Assembly: GCA_002269645.1 (NCBI GenBank)
Contig: NIVC01000158.1
Coordinates: 682,001-746,000, forward strand
Source of the DNA: Macrostomum lignano
Lineage: Eukaryota
Length of the DNA: 64,000 nt
Direction of reading: 5' to 3'
Shown: piece after piece, positions 13,801 through 30,000 of the stretch
Numbering within the stretch: position 1 is the stretch's first letter
Layout of the letters: the number at the start of each line of letters is the position of its first letter
Notes under the pieces: generated by a model
The model's input: the letters and a program-made list of their open reading frames with translations, nothing else
Databases searched by the model: none
Told to the model about the DNA's origin: nothing
Position numbers and translations under genes: made by a program

Positions 13801-16297
13801 TATGCAAGTTTACAGGTAGGGACAGTTTACTGTTATGCAAGTTTACAGGTAGGGACAGTTTACTGTTATGCAAGTTTACAGGTAGGACAGTTTACTGTTA
13901 TGCAAGTTTACAGGTAGGACAGTTTACTGTTATGCAAGTTTACAGGTAGGGACAGTTTACTGTTATGCAAGTTTACAGGTAGGGACAGTTTACTGTTATG
14001 CAAGTTTACAGGTAGGGACAGTTTACTGTTATGCAAGTTTACAGGTAGGGACAGTTTACTGTTATGCAAGTTTACAGGTAGGGACAGTTTACTGTTATGC
14101 AAGTTTACAGGTAGGGACAGTTTACTGTTATGCAAGTTTACAGGTAGGGACAGTTTACTGTTATGCAAGTTTACAGGTAGGACAGTTTACTGTTATGCAA
14201 GTTTACAGGTAGGGACAGTTTACTGTTATACAAGTTTACAGGTAGGGACAGTTTACTGTTATGCAAGTTTACAGGTAGGGACAGTTTACTGTTATGCAAG
14301 TTTACAGGTAGGGACAGTTTACTGTTATGCAAGTTTACAGGTAGGGACAGTTTACTGTTATGCAAGTTTACAGGTAGGGACAGTTTACTGTTATGCAAGT
14401 TTACAGGTAGGGACAGTTTACTGTTATGCAAGTTTACAGGTAGGGACAGTTTACTGTTATGCAAGTTTACAGGTAGGGACAGTTTACTGTTATGCAAGTT
14501 TACAGGTAGGGACAGTTTACTGTTATGCAAGTTTACAGGTAGGGACAGTTTACTGTTATGCAAGTTTACAGGTAGGGACAGTTTACTGTTATGCAAGTTT
14601 ACAGGTAGGGACAGTTTACTGTTATGCAAGTTTACAGGTAGGGACAGTTTACTGTTATGCAAGTTTACAGGTAGGGACAGTTTACTGTTATGCAAGTTTA
14701 CAGGTAGGGACAGTTTACTGTTATGCAAGTTTACAGGTAGGGACAGTTTACTGTTATGCAAGTTTACAGGTAGGGACAGTTTACTGTTATGCAAGTTTAC
14801 AGGTAGGGACAGTTTACTGTTATGCAAGTTTACAGGTAGGGACAGTTTACTGTTATGCAAGTTTACAGGTAGGGACAGTTTACTGTTATGCAAGTTTACA
14901 GGTAGGGACAGTTTACTGTTATGCAAGTTTACAGGTAGGACAGTTTACTGTTATGCAAGTTTACAGGTAGGACAGTTTACTGTTATGCAAGTTTACAGGT
15001 AGGGACAGTTTACTGTTATGCAAGTTTACAGGTAGGGACAGTTTACTGTTATGCAAGTTTACAGGTAGGACAGTTTACTGTTATACAAGTTTACAGGTAG
15101 GGACAGTTTACTGTTATGCAAGTTTACAGGTAGGGACAGTTTACTGTTATGCAAGTTTACAGGTAGGACAGTTTACTGTTATGCAAGTTTACAGGTAGGG
15201 ACAGTTTACTGTTATGCAAGTTTACAGGTAGGGACAGTTTACTGTTATGCAAGTTTACAGGTAGGGACAGTTTACTGTTATGCAAGTTTACAGGTAGGGA
15301 CAGTTTACTGTTATGCAAGTTTACAGGTAGGACAGTTTACTGTTATGCAAGTTTACAGGTAGGGACAGTTTACTGTTATGCAAGTTTACAGGTAGGGACA
15401 GTTTACTGTTATGCAAGTTTACAGGTAGGACAGTTTACTGTTATGCAAGTTTACAGGTAGGGACAGTTTACTGTTATGCAAGTTTACAGGTAGGGACAGT
15501 TTACTGTTATGCAAGTTTACAGGTAGGGACAGTTTACTGTTATGCAAGTTTACAGGTAGGGACAGTTTACTGTTATACAAGTTTACAGGTAGGGACAGTT
15601 TACTGTTATGCAAGTTTACAGGTAGGACAGTTTACTGTTATGCAAGTTTACAGGTAGGGACAGTTTACTGTTATGCAAGTTTACAGGTAGGGACAGTTTA
15701 CTGTTATGCAAGTTTACAGGTAGGACAGTTTACTGTTATGCAAGTTTACAGGTAGGGACAGTTTACTGTTATGCAAGTTTACAGGTAGGGACAGTTTACT
15801 GTTATGCAAGTTTACAGGTAGGACAGTTTACTGTTATGCAAGTTTACAGGTAGGGACAGTTTACTGTTATGCAAGTTTACAGGTAGGGACAGTTTACTGT
15901 TATGCAAGTTTACAGGTAGGGACAGTTTACTGTTATGCAAGTTTACAGGTAGGGACAGTTTACTGTTATGCAAGTTTACAGGTAGGAACAGTTTACTGTT
16001 ATGCAAGTTTACAGGTAGGGACAGTTTACTGTTATGCAAGTTTACAGGTAGGGACAGTTTACTGTTATGCAAGTTCAATCTTGTGAAAAAATTTGATCTC
16101 TTAAATGTTTAAATGGCACTTTAAGAAAGTTGTAAACTTTGCACTTTAAGAAAGTTGGTCCATAGGTTTCAGCTATCGCATCCACTACTTCCACCGTAGG
16201 CACCCTAGTCACGGCCAGGTACATGACCTTCGACAAATATTGTCAACGATTCCCCGAGAAAGTTGACGAATTCAAAACTTTGCTTGGCAGCAACTGA
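4858..16297 (+). CDS. LEMD3: Inner nuclear membrane protein MAN1/LEMD3-like (LEM, 2 TM, MSC/winged helix, RRM/UHM)
   Basis: Exons 4858-5022 (LEM: LSDLQLREMLTKRNVPVGLIDGSTRQRYKNRLQKL), 6799-7549 (TM1), 8005-8528 (lumenal Cys region, TM2), 9116-9679 (winged helix, then WQGS...PTQCLKLRGMW...GFVY...HAHFFDG) and 16200-16297 (TLVTARYMTFDKYCQRFP, matching MAN1 GKLVTVKYLRLDRYHHRFP). All introns are GT-AG and phases are consistent. One frameshift, probably a 1-bp deletion, is needed between about 9290 and 9400. Confidence 0.9.
5201..5350. mobile_element. 150-bp palindromic MITE-like hairpin in MAN1 intron 1
   Basis: Left arm TTTCTATTGGCAACACACACATGTAAGTCACTATTGG...AGTAGTCA pairs with right arm TGACTACT...CCAATAGCGACTTACATGTGTATGTTGCCAATAGAAA around a 2-nt loop. 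Outer arms CAACCTAGGGA / TCCCCAGGTTG. Confidence 0.7.
7578..7830. repeat. 32-bp minisatellite in MAN1 intron 2
   Basis: Unit approx. CCAGATCCTCAGATTGGTCATTCTTCACCCTC, about 8 copies. Confidence 0.9.
8560..9082. repeat. 30-bp minisatellite in MAN1 intron 3
   Basis: Unit CCGCCTTCCCCAGTCCTTATCTTTGATATG, about 17 copies. It produces the ICRLPQSLSL pseudo-ORFs. Confidence 0.95.
10529..16075. repeat. 5.5-kb 33/32-bp tandem satellite in the last MAN1 intron
   Basis: Unit GTAGGGACAGTTTACTGTTATGCAAGTTTACAG (33 bp; a GG variant is 32 bp), roughly 170 copies. There are no unique spacers. Confidence 0.97.
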
Positions 16298-16599
16298 GCT
16301 AACATTTGGCTCTGTTTGACTATTGATTTGTTGCACATTATTTATTAGTAAAGTTATTACCTGTGTAGCTTAATGAGTGAGCTATTATTGTTATTTTATG
16401 CAGCTAGCAGCCCAGTCCGTGCTGGGCGCAATCAACTTTTTTAATCTGTCCCTGTTGTTCTACTTTGCGCTCTAAATGTTGCTTAATGGTAATTTATTTA
16501 CTTTATTGTCCGTATTTCTTATGTTTCCTGTTTAGGCCATTTTCTAATCATTTTCTGTTCTACAGCTGTTTCATTAGGCCTAAATATTTGGCCACTGTG

Positions 16600-16960
16600 C
16601 CGCCCAGCTACCCACCCAGCCACTGCTGGGCCTCCACTGCTGGGCCTCCACTACTGGGCCTCCGCTACTGGGCCTCCACTGCTGGTCCTCCACTGCTGGT
16701 CCTCTAATACTGGTCCTCCACTGCTGGGCCTCCACTGCTGGGCCTCCACTGCTGGTCCTCTAATGCTGGGCCTCCGCTACTGGTCCTCCACTGCTGGTCC
16801 TCCACTGCTGGGCCTCCACTGCTGGTCCTCTAATACTGGTCCTCCACTGCTGGGCCTCCACTGCTGGGCCTCCACTACTGGGCCTCCACTACTGGTCCTC
16901 CACTGCTGGTCCTCTAATGCTGGTCCTCCACTACTAGGCCGCCTCCGCTACCCACCCAGT
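16600..16960. repeat. GC-rich ~14-bp degenerate minisatellite
   Basis: Unit approx. CTGGGCCTCCACTG, bracketed by CTACCCACCCAG at both ends. Confidence 0.85.
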
Positions 16961-17596
16961 CACAACTGGACCTTTAAGAATTGACAGTTCAAGTTGCCCG
17001 GGTCCGGAGTCGCTGTGCTCTATCTCATCTCCATCCCTCATCAATCTTTGCCCTTTGATTTTCTATCAGTCGATCTGTGCACACAATTATCTATTGTCAT
17101 CATCTATGAAAATATTGTTTTTAAGCCTCTTTTTATTACTGATAGTAGTATGTATAGCTTTTGCATTTTTATTGGTCAACTTTCTTGTGCGTCATCTTTT
17201 TTCTATTCACTATTGGTCTCATAATTCAACGAAATCTATTTAATTAGCAGTTTTCTTCTCTCGGTAAGTTAAATTATTTTTTAATTTAATTGATTCTGTT
17301 AAAAGTACATTGGTTAGCTAATCCGAAGGTGCCATCGCAAAATCGCAGAACCCGTTCGATGCAACCCCCGTGACTTTCCTGTGGTGTTGCTCTCTATTTT
17401 ACCTTTTTTCTGTACTTCCCTGTCTGCTCTGTTTTTATTGAAATTTTACTCGAACTTCGTGTTGCATCGTACTGCACTGTATGTCTATTTATTGCTGTCA
17501 ATTGTAAGGTTGCACTAAACTAAATTACCAAATAAATATATAACTAATAAGTAAATATCACGCTAGTAAACCCGTTGGATTTTGAGTTTTTAAAGT

Positions 17597-18704
17597 AGGC
17601 ATGAAAGGTGAAGAGTTTTGCACCTTCTGCCTCACTTTCGCCTCTCTTATGCCTATTTTGTGCCATTTGTGCACCTTTTGTTCACCTGAGTGCCTCTGCA
17701 GGGTCGGAAGGTGAATTTAAGGCACGAAATAGGCGGTAGGGGCACAGGTGTCATAGGTGAGTTAGGTGCATAAAAGGTGCACAGTGTGCATTGGAGGCAC
17801 AAAAGGTGAACAAAGTAGGAATTGGGGGCATTGGTGGAGTGAAAGGTGAATAAAAGGTGCGCTGCGGTGGAGGTGGATAAAAAGTGTACAGTGTGCACTG
17901 GAGGCTCGAAAGGTGAATAAAAGGTGCACAGTGGGCACTTTAGGCGTAGAGGCAATGCAAGGGGCATTAAATTTTCAACTGGCAAAGTTATTTGCTTCCT
18001 TTTCTCACTATTCGAAACTTTTCCTCACTAATGCAAACCTTTTCATCACTTTTCGGAGCTTTTCCTGAGTATTTGAGTCATTAAAACTTATCAGTATAAG
18101 AAATGTTTAGTTTCTTGGTTTGTCAGGATCAGGAAGGGGATAGCAGCGATTATTATAGGTGTAAATAAAGCTTTTCTATGTTCAATCTGTGCGTGCAATG
18201 TATGAGTATGTAACTCTCAGTTAATTTTTTGTTACGAATTCTTAATGCGTTAATTCGTGCATAGGCATGAAAGGTGAGCGAGGTGCACAGAAGAGGCACT
18301 TTAGGGGTCTATTTCGAGCGTGTTTTGGAAATGCACCTGTATACATATTTACGCACATGTACACCTTATGCACCTCTAATTCACCTTTCATGCACTTTCT
18401 GTGCCCCTTCAGCACCTCTCGTGCCCCTGATGTGCCTCACTTGTGAGCCTACTCTTCACCTTTTGCGCACCTCCAGTGCCCCTTATACACCTTTACTGCC
18501 CCCCTACCGCCGCAACCAATCAAAATTGAGAATTCACCTACTGCCTGACCACTTCACCGATTTTACACCTTTCATGCCTCTTTTCAAAAATATTGGTGAC
18601 ATTTAGGCATAAAAGGTGTACTCAGGTGCATTTCCAAAACACGCACGAAATAGGCCACTAAAGTGCCTCTTTTGTGCACCTCGTTCACCTTTTATGCCTC
18701 TGCA
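17597..18704. mobile_element. Foldback/MITE-like region built from AGGTG/CACCT modules, with nested inverted repeats
   Basis: 18263-18338 (AGGCATGAAAGGTGAGCGAGGTGCACAGAAGAGGCACTTTAG...GGAAATGCACCT) is an imperfect reverse complement of 18624-18699. The AGGTG-rich block at about 17705-17950 is inverted relative to the CACCT-rich block at about 18340-18580. Confidence 0.6.
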
Positions 18705-18895
18705 GGTGCATAACTTTTCCAACGGGAAACTGGCGCTGTTTCTACTCCCCATGGACCAGCCCATCAATTTCTATTGAGTGAGCTTAACAACTTGTAACTT
18801 TATATCCAAGCATGCATTGGGCCACGGGCCTGCCTGACCCTAACTCTCCCTTTGATGCCTAGCCTACCAGCAACTTAGCAAATACTAGATATTAG

Positions 18896-19640
18896 CCATC
18901 TCAGCAATTCCCCCAGTGAGCCTTGGCATCTCAGAAATTCCCCCAGTGAGCCTTGGCATCTCAGCAATTCCCCAGTGAGCCTTGGCATCTCAGCAATTCC
19001 CCCAGTGAGCCTTGGAATCTCAGCAATTCCCCCCAGTGAGCCTTGGCATCTCAGCAATTCCCCCATCAGCCTTGGAATCTCAGCAATTCCCCCAGTGAGC
19101 CTTGGCATCTCAGCAATTCCCCCAGTGAGCCTTGGCATCTCAGCAATTCCCCCAGTGAGCCTTGGCATCTCAGCAATTCCCCCAGTGAGCCTTGGAATCT
19201 CAGCAATTCCCCCAGTGAGCCTTGGCATCTCAGCAATTCCCCCCAGTGAGCCTTGGCATCTCAGCAATTCCCCCAGTGAGCCTTGGCATCTCAGCAATTC
19301 CCCCAGTGAGCCTTGGCATCTCAGCAATTCCCCCAGTGAGCCTTGGAATCTCAGCGATTCCCCCAGTGAGCCTTGGAATCTCAGCAATTCCCCCCAGTGA
19401 GCCTTGGCATCTCAGCAATTCCCCCAGTGAGCCTTGGAATCTCAACAATTCCCCCCAGTGAGCCTTGGCATCTCAGCAATTCCCCCATCAGCCTTGGAAT
19501 CTCAGCAATTCCCCCAGTGAGCCTTGGAATCTCAGCAATTCCCCCCATCAGCCTTGGAATCTCAGCGATTCTTTACGTGAGCCTTGGAATCTGAGCAAAT
19601 TTCCACGTGAGCCTTGGCATCTCAGCGATTCTCCACGTGA
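18896..19640. repeat. 30-bp minisatellite
   Basis: Unit CAGTGAGCCTTGGCATCTCAGCAATTCCCC with variable C-run length, about 25 copies. Confidence 0.95.
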
Positions 19641-20250
19641 GCCATGTCTCTTATGATTCTTAAGATTATTCTGAAAGTAATATTTTACACTTTTTAATCA
19701 ATTCAACAATGGAGAATTTAAAAAAACGTATCTACATACGAGCCAGCCATCTTGTAACTGCCAGACGTTTGGCTACCAAGCCTAACCTAAACCCTAACGC
19801 TAACCTAAATCGTTGGCGATTACACACTTATTGTGTGCGCAATGCCGTCTCAACGCCAACTGGTGACGCCCCTGGACAGGTGCCGCACCTTGCAGTCTCG
19901 CTGACCTGCAGGGTCTCAAATTATTGTTTTTTCGCAAAGAAAGGAATGAGTCGTTAACGAGCATCGCTAATGAGTGGCTATGGAGACAGTTCCCTCTTGA
20001 GCCTGTAATTCCTTAATTGCGCAGCGGTGGCTTATTGATCGGATGGGATAAATTTGGATCCGAATTATCAATAATAATTATGTCTGGGCGGGCCATAGCG
20101 ATTCGATTTCTAAACGCGCCCGAAATTCCAGACTCCACGGGTGGTCGTCGGCCTCAATCTTAAGCGGCAACACCTGTCGCTGACCGGGATCTTTAGCTAT
20201 AGGCGCCCCCCCAGCCTCTTAGTGACCCGTCGCGTTGCCAAGCTGTTGCC

Positions 20251-24950
<4,700 letters not shown>

Positions 24951-25253
24951 GCTGTCAGTAGTAAAATAGGCGTTTTCTCTTGTTTTTGTGTACTAGAATA
25001 TGACATAATTAAATGCCCTTTCGATAGATAGATACTAAAATAACTAGATGGGCCACTCAGGCATTTATACTTAGCAAAACAGCTTTCTACTTCAGTTCAG
25101 TAGCAAGGAAGAATACATAAGCAGTTTAAAAAAATAAAGCTTGCTGAAATGGCTTTGATAAGTTTAGAAGACCCAAGCTTGCAGGCGTAAACAGCTTGCT
25201 AATTGGTTCAGCAATAATGTACATTAGCCAGTCCGCTGAAATGTTTATGGCAA

Positions 25254-27036
25254 ATTAGGCTGCTGAAATTCCGAGAAAGGCAATAAAAATTGGGGCGGGG
25301 TGGTGTGGAAAGGCGCGGTTGGAGAGTTCAAACTGGGGGGGGGGTAAGAGCCAATCAACGAGCCTTGGCTTTTTCAATACATTAAAATGCTTATGTTTAA
25401 CTTACTACTGAACTGAAAGTAGCTTACACGCAAATGTGCTGAGTGACCCATCAGTTATTCTAGTATTTGTGGATAGATAAAAAGTTATCGTACACACTAC
25501 TTAGCTAGTAGTATGCTGCACGCGCAAAAATAGTGTTTATCTGCATTGCACTTTTTCCCGTCAAAAGAAATTGAAAAACGAAATGGGTGAATTGCTGCGG
25601 TTTTCTATTGAAAATTTGAATTTCATATCGACATTCATATGCCATTTTAAATATTGATACAATCGTCTGTACACGTGTCAGAATATATATTTACGCAAAT
25701 TGAGTTTCTTCAAGAAGGCACAATTGCCCGACTTTTGCTACTCTGTCTTGGCTAGGGCGGCGGGAACTGATAGCGATAGTAGTGCCTGCCACTGCTACCA
25801 GAAGCTGCTGCCGCTGCCGCTGCCGCCGCAGCCGCCGCCGCAGCTGCCGCAGAAAAGCTTTCAGAGCGATTTGGCTGGTGCTGGTGCTGGTGCTGGTGGT
25901 ACTGTTGTGATAGTGGTGCGGGTGCTGTTGGGACTGGTGCTGCTGCTGGTAGTAGTGCTGGTGTCGCGAGCTGGCGCTATAGGCCGAGGCTGGCAACACT
26001 GGCGGCCACCACCGCCGCCGCCGCCGCTGCCGCCGCCCAGCTTATGCAGGTAGCCTGCGGCGGCAGCCGCCGCAGCTTGCCGGCCACTGCCGCCCAGCTT
26101 ATGCAGGTAGCCTTCAAAGTCAGCAGCCGCCGCAGCCGCCGCCGCCACTGCCGCTGCCGCATTAGGCTGCTGAAATTCCGAGAAAGGCAATAAAAATTGG
26201 GGCGGTGGTGTGCGCGGTTGGAGAGTTCAAACTGGGGGGGGGGCAGCTCAACGATTGCTTATGTTTAACTTACTACTGAACTGAAAGTAGCTTACACGCA
26301 AATGTGCTGAGTGACCCATCAGTTATTCTAGTATTTGTGGATAGATAAAAAGTTATCGTACACACTACTTAGCTAGTAGTATGCTGCACGCGCAAAAATA
26401 GTGTTTATCTGCATTGCACTTTTTCCCGTCAAAAGAAATTGAAAAACGAAATGGGTGAATTGCTGCGGTTTTCTATTGAAAATTTGAATTTCATATCGAC
26501 ATTCATATGCCATTTTAAATATTGATACAATCGTCTGTACACGTGTCAGAATATATATTTACGCAAATTGAGTTTCTTCAAGAAGGCACAATTGCCCGAC
26601 TTTTGCTACTCTGTCTTGGCTAGGGCGGCGGGAACTGATAGCGATAGTAGTGCCTGCCACTGCTACCAGAAGCTGCTGCCGCTGCCGCTGCCGCCGCAGC
26701 CGCCGCCGCAGCTGCCGCAGAAAAGCTTTCAGAGCGATTTGGCTGGTGCTGGTGCTGGTGCTGGTGGTACTGTTGGTGATAGTGGTGCGGGTGCTGTTGG
26801 CTGGACTGGTGCTGGTGCTGGTAGTAGTGCTGGTGTCGCGAGCTGGCGCTATAGGCCGAGGCTGGCAACACTGGCGGGCCACCACCGCCGCCGCCGCCGC
26901 TGCCGCCGCCCAGCTTATGCAGGTAGCCTGCGGCGCAGCAGCCGCCGCAGCCGCCGCCGCCACTGCCGCCCAGCTTATGCAGGTAGCCTTCAAAGTCAGC
27001 AGCCGCCGCAGCCGCCGCCGCCACTGCCGCTGCCGC
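25254..27036 (-). repeat. ~0.9-kb tandem duplication of the GATA terminal exon 3' part plus 3' UTR
   Basis: 25254-26160 (907 bp) and 26161-27036 (876 bp) are near-identical. Junction CCGCTGCCGC|ATTAGGCTGC. The copies differ by small indels and one ~30-bp deletion/replacement. Confidence 0.9.
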
Positions 27037-30000
27037 AGCCGCTGCCGCCGAGGTCGGCGCCGACGTAGCGCAAGCTGACGACGCTTGAAGTCGGTTAGCC
27101 TTGCCGCCGTCTGGCCTCAGCTGGAACTGCGGCGGCTGCGTCGCGGACAGCTTCCGATTGCGGGTCTGAATGCCGTCCTTCTTCATCGACACGGGCCGAT
27201 TCACCTGCGAGTTCCATGTGCGTGTTTGATAAGTACGGCTTATCCTGCGGCTTATCTGACACTGCATCCTTGATCCTCAGTGCCTGTCACTTCACCCTTG
27301 ATCCTCAGAGCCTGTCACTGCTCCCTTGATCCTCAGTGCCTGTCACTGCACCCTTGATCCTCAGTGCCTGTCACTGCACCCTTGATCCTCAGTACCTGTC
27401 ACTGCATCCTTGATCCTCAGTGCCTGTCACTGCACCCTTTATCCTCAGTGCCTGTCACTGCACCCTTGATCCTCAGTGCCTGTCACTGCAACCTTGATCC
27501 TCAGTGCCTGTCACTGCACCCTTGATCCTCAGTGCCTGTCACTGCACCCAGAGTCACTCACGTTGTGCAGTTTATAGTAGAGTCCGCAGGCGTTGCACAC
27601 AGGCTGGCCGGTGCCGCTTCTCCGCCACAGGGTGGTGGCGGCGGTGCCGCAGTTCGAGCATTGAATGCCAACTCGCTTGGTAGTTGACTGTCGGTTTGGA
27701 ATGGAGGCAATGTTGGTGGCAGTTTAGTTGTCGCGAGCTTCATTATGGCCGCTCAATGTTAGACTGAGACTCACCAGTCGTCTCTTAGGTCGAACCAGCG
27801 GCCTGGAGCAGCCGTTTATCTTCAAGTAGAGGCCGCAAGCGTTGCACAGATAGCGGCCGAAACCGTCCCTGCGCCACAGCGGCGTGTTGCTGGCGCCGCA
27901 GTTGACGCACTGGCGTCCAGCCGATCTGCTTTCGCGGCTGCCAACGACTACGGCAGCGCGCGGACTCGGCGGCTTCTTCGACGCCGGAGCGACGCTAGAT
28001 TGAGAATAAACTGGCCGCGGCGGCGGAGGCGGCGGATGAGGCTGCTGCACCGGGGCCGTCGGGGACGCGTAGTAGGAGGCTGCGGTTGGCCAGGCGTCTC
28101 CGCTGCAGGCAGCTTCAGCTGTTCCGAACCATGGAAATCTGGGAGCTGCTCGGTACTGACCTGCTGGGGTGGCGGGCGATGAACTCAGAGAGTAGCATTG
28201 GTCTGCTTCGGCTGCTGCGGCATCTTCTGTTCTGTCCTTTCTTGTTCTTTCCTTCCTTCCTTTCCTGTCCTGTCCTGTCCTGTCCTGTCCTGTCCTGTCC
28301 TGTCCTGTCCTGTCCTGTCCTGTCCTGTCCTGTCCTGTCCTGTCCTGTCCTGTCCTGTCCTGTCCTGTCCTGTCTGGCCATGTTCTGTCCTGTCTGCCCA
28401 TGTTCTGTCCTGTCTGCCCATGTTCTGTCCTGTCTGCCCATGTTCTGTCCTGTCTGCCCATGTTCTGTCCTGTCTGCCCATGTTCTGTCCTGTCTGCCCA
28501 TGTTCTGTCCTGTCTGCCCTGTCTCCTGTCCTGTCCTGTCCTGTCCTGTCCTGTCTCCTGTCCTGTCCTGTCCTGTCCCGTCCTGCTCTGTCTCCTGTCC
28601 TGTCCTGTCCTGTCCTGTCCTGTCTCCTGTCCTGTCCTGTCCTGTCCTGCCCTGTCTCCTGTCCTGTCCTGTCCTGTCCTGTCCTGTCCTGTCCTGTCCT
28701 GTCTCCTGTCCTGTCCTGTCCTGTCTCCTGTCCTGTCCTGTCCTATCCTGTCTCCTGTCCTTTTCCGTCCTGCCCTGTCCTGTCCCCTGTCCTGTCCTGT
28801 CCTGTCTCCGTCCTGTCCTGCCCTGCCCTGTCTCCTGTCCTGTCCTGTCCTGCCCTGTCCTGTCCTGTCCTGTCCTGTCCTGTCCTGTCCTATCCTGTTC
28901 TGTCCTGTCCTCTCCTGTCCTGTCCTGCCCTGCCCTGTCCTGTCCTGTCCTGTTCTGTCCTGCCCTGTCCTGTCCTGTCCTGTCCTGTCCTGTCCTGTCC
29001 TGTCCTGCCCTGTCCTGTCCTGCCCGTCCTGTTTTGTTTTGCTGTGCCCTGCCTTATTCTAAACACTACTTTCACAAACAGGAGAGTTCGAAAGAAAGTT
29101 TCAGTGGATAAAATGTCTCTCATTAGAAATTCTTTCATCCCATTCGATAAGGCAAATAACTAAAGAAATGCCAAAGCTACGAGTTCTTAGAAAGCCCTGC
29201 AGTTTCACCACAGCCCTACTCAAGTGAGCAACTTTGCCTAGTAGCTCATAGCTACACAGCTTTCAGACGGCAGACGGCAAGCTTCATGCTGTGTAACTGT
29301 ATTCGGTAGACTTGGTTCAGACCCGGCGGCACCTGCAGCCGCCAGGAGCCGCCGCCAGCCATCGGGAGTCGCCGTCTGCCGAGGGGGCGCCAGGGCCGCC
29401 CACCGCCGCGACTGGCGGGGCAGCCTTTTGTAGCTTTTTTTGTTCGAAAAATGGAATACAATTGAAGGCAGGCCCAGACCGGTGCCACTTGGCTCTGCCC
29501 CTCTCCAGAGCCACTCGACAATTTGTGCTGCAGTTGACAAAGCAGACCGAAGCCCTCCCCTGCGTGTCCACCTGTTCTGGCGCCTGCGGCGACCGCCACC
29601 CCACCGACTGCGATGTGTCTTAAAGTGTTGCATTGTGTGCGTGTAGCTGCATTCGTGTTTAACAGGGACTTGGCTTGTGAATGGTGCAATCATGATGAGC
29701 AAAAAAGCCAGTTCATGGCGTCAGGCAGCTCATCGGCGGCGACGGCGGTGGCGGCAGCGACTGCCTCTGACTGCCACACACCTACCCCCGAATCTCTGGC
29801 TAAGGACGTCTTATGTAGGAGAAATCTGGACTGTAGTTTAAAGATCTTAGGTCTCTTTCTTGACAACTTAGCGTTATGGGGCTGTAAATTCTGGTGATGT
29901 GAAGTCTGTGTTTGTGAAGTTTGAGGATTGTGAAGTTTATGGTTGCTAAGTTGGGGTCGTGAGGTTTGGGGATTGTGAAGGTTGGGGTTGTTAAGGTTTG

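Noticed and set aside
10502-16078. Long ORFs (LHNSKLSLPVN / LCKFTGRDSLL repeats) and a CRISPR-like appearance
   Set aside because: They are translations of a 33-bp tandem unit inside a MAN1 intron. There are no unique spacers or cas genes, and the DNA is eukaryotic.
19740-19930. CCTAACCTAAACCCTAAC tract suggesting a Helentron/DINE-like element
   Set aside because: I could not identify convincing subterminal inverted repeats or a 3' hairpin.
28086-29163. Cys-rich VLSCP ORFs resembling metallothionein or keratin-associated proteins
   Set aside because: (CTGTC)n microsatellite antisense within a GATA intron.
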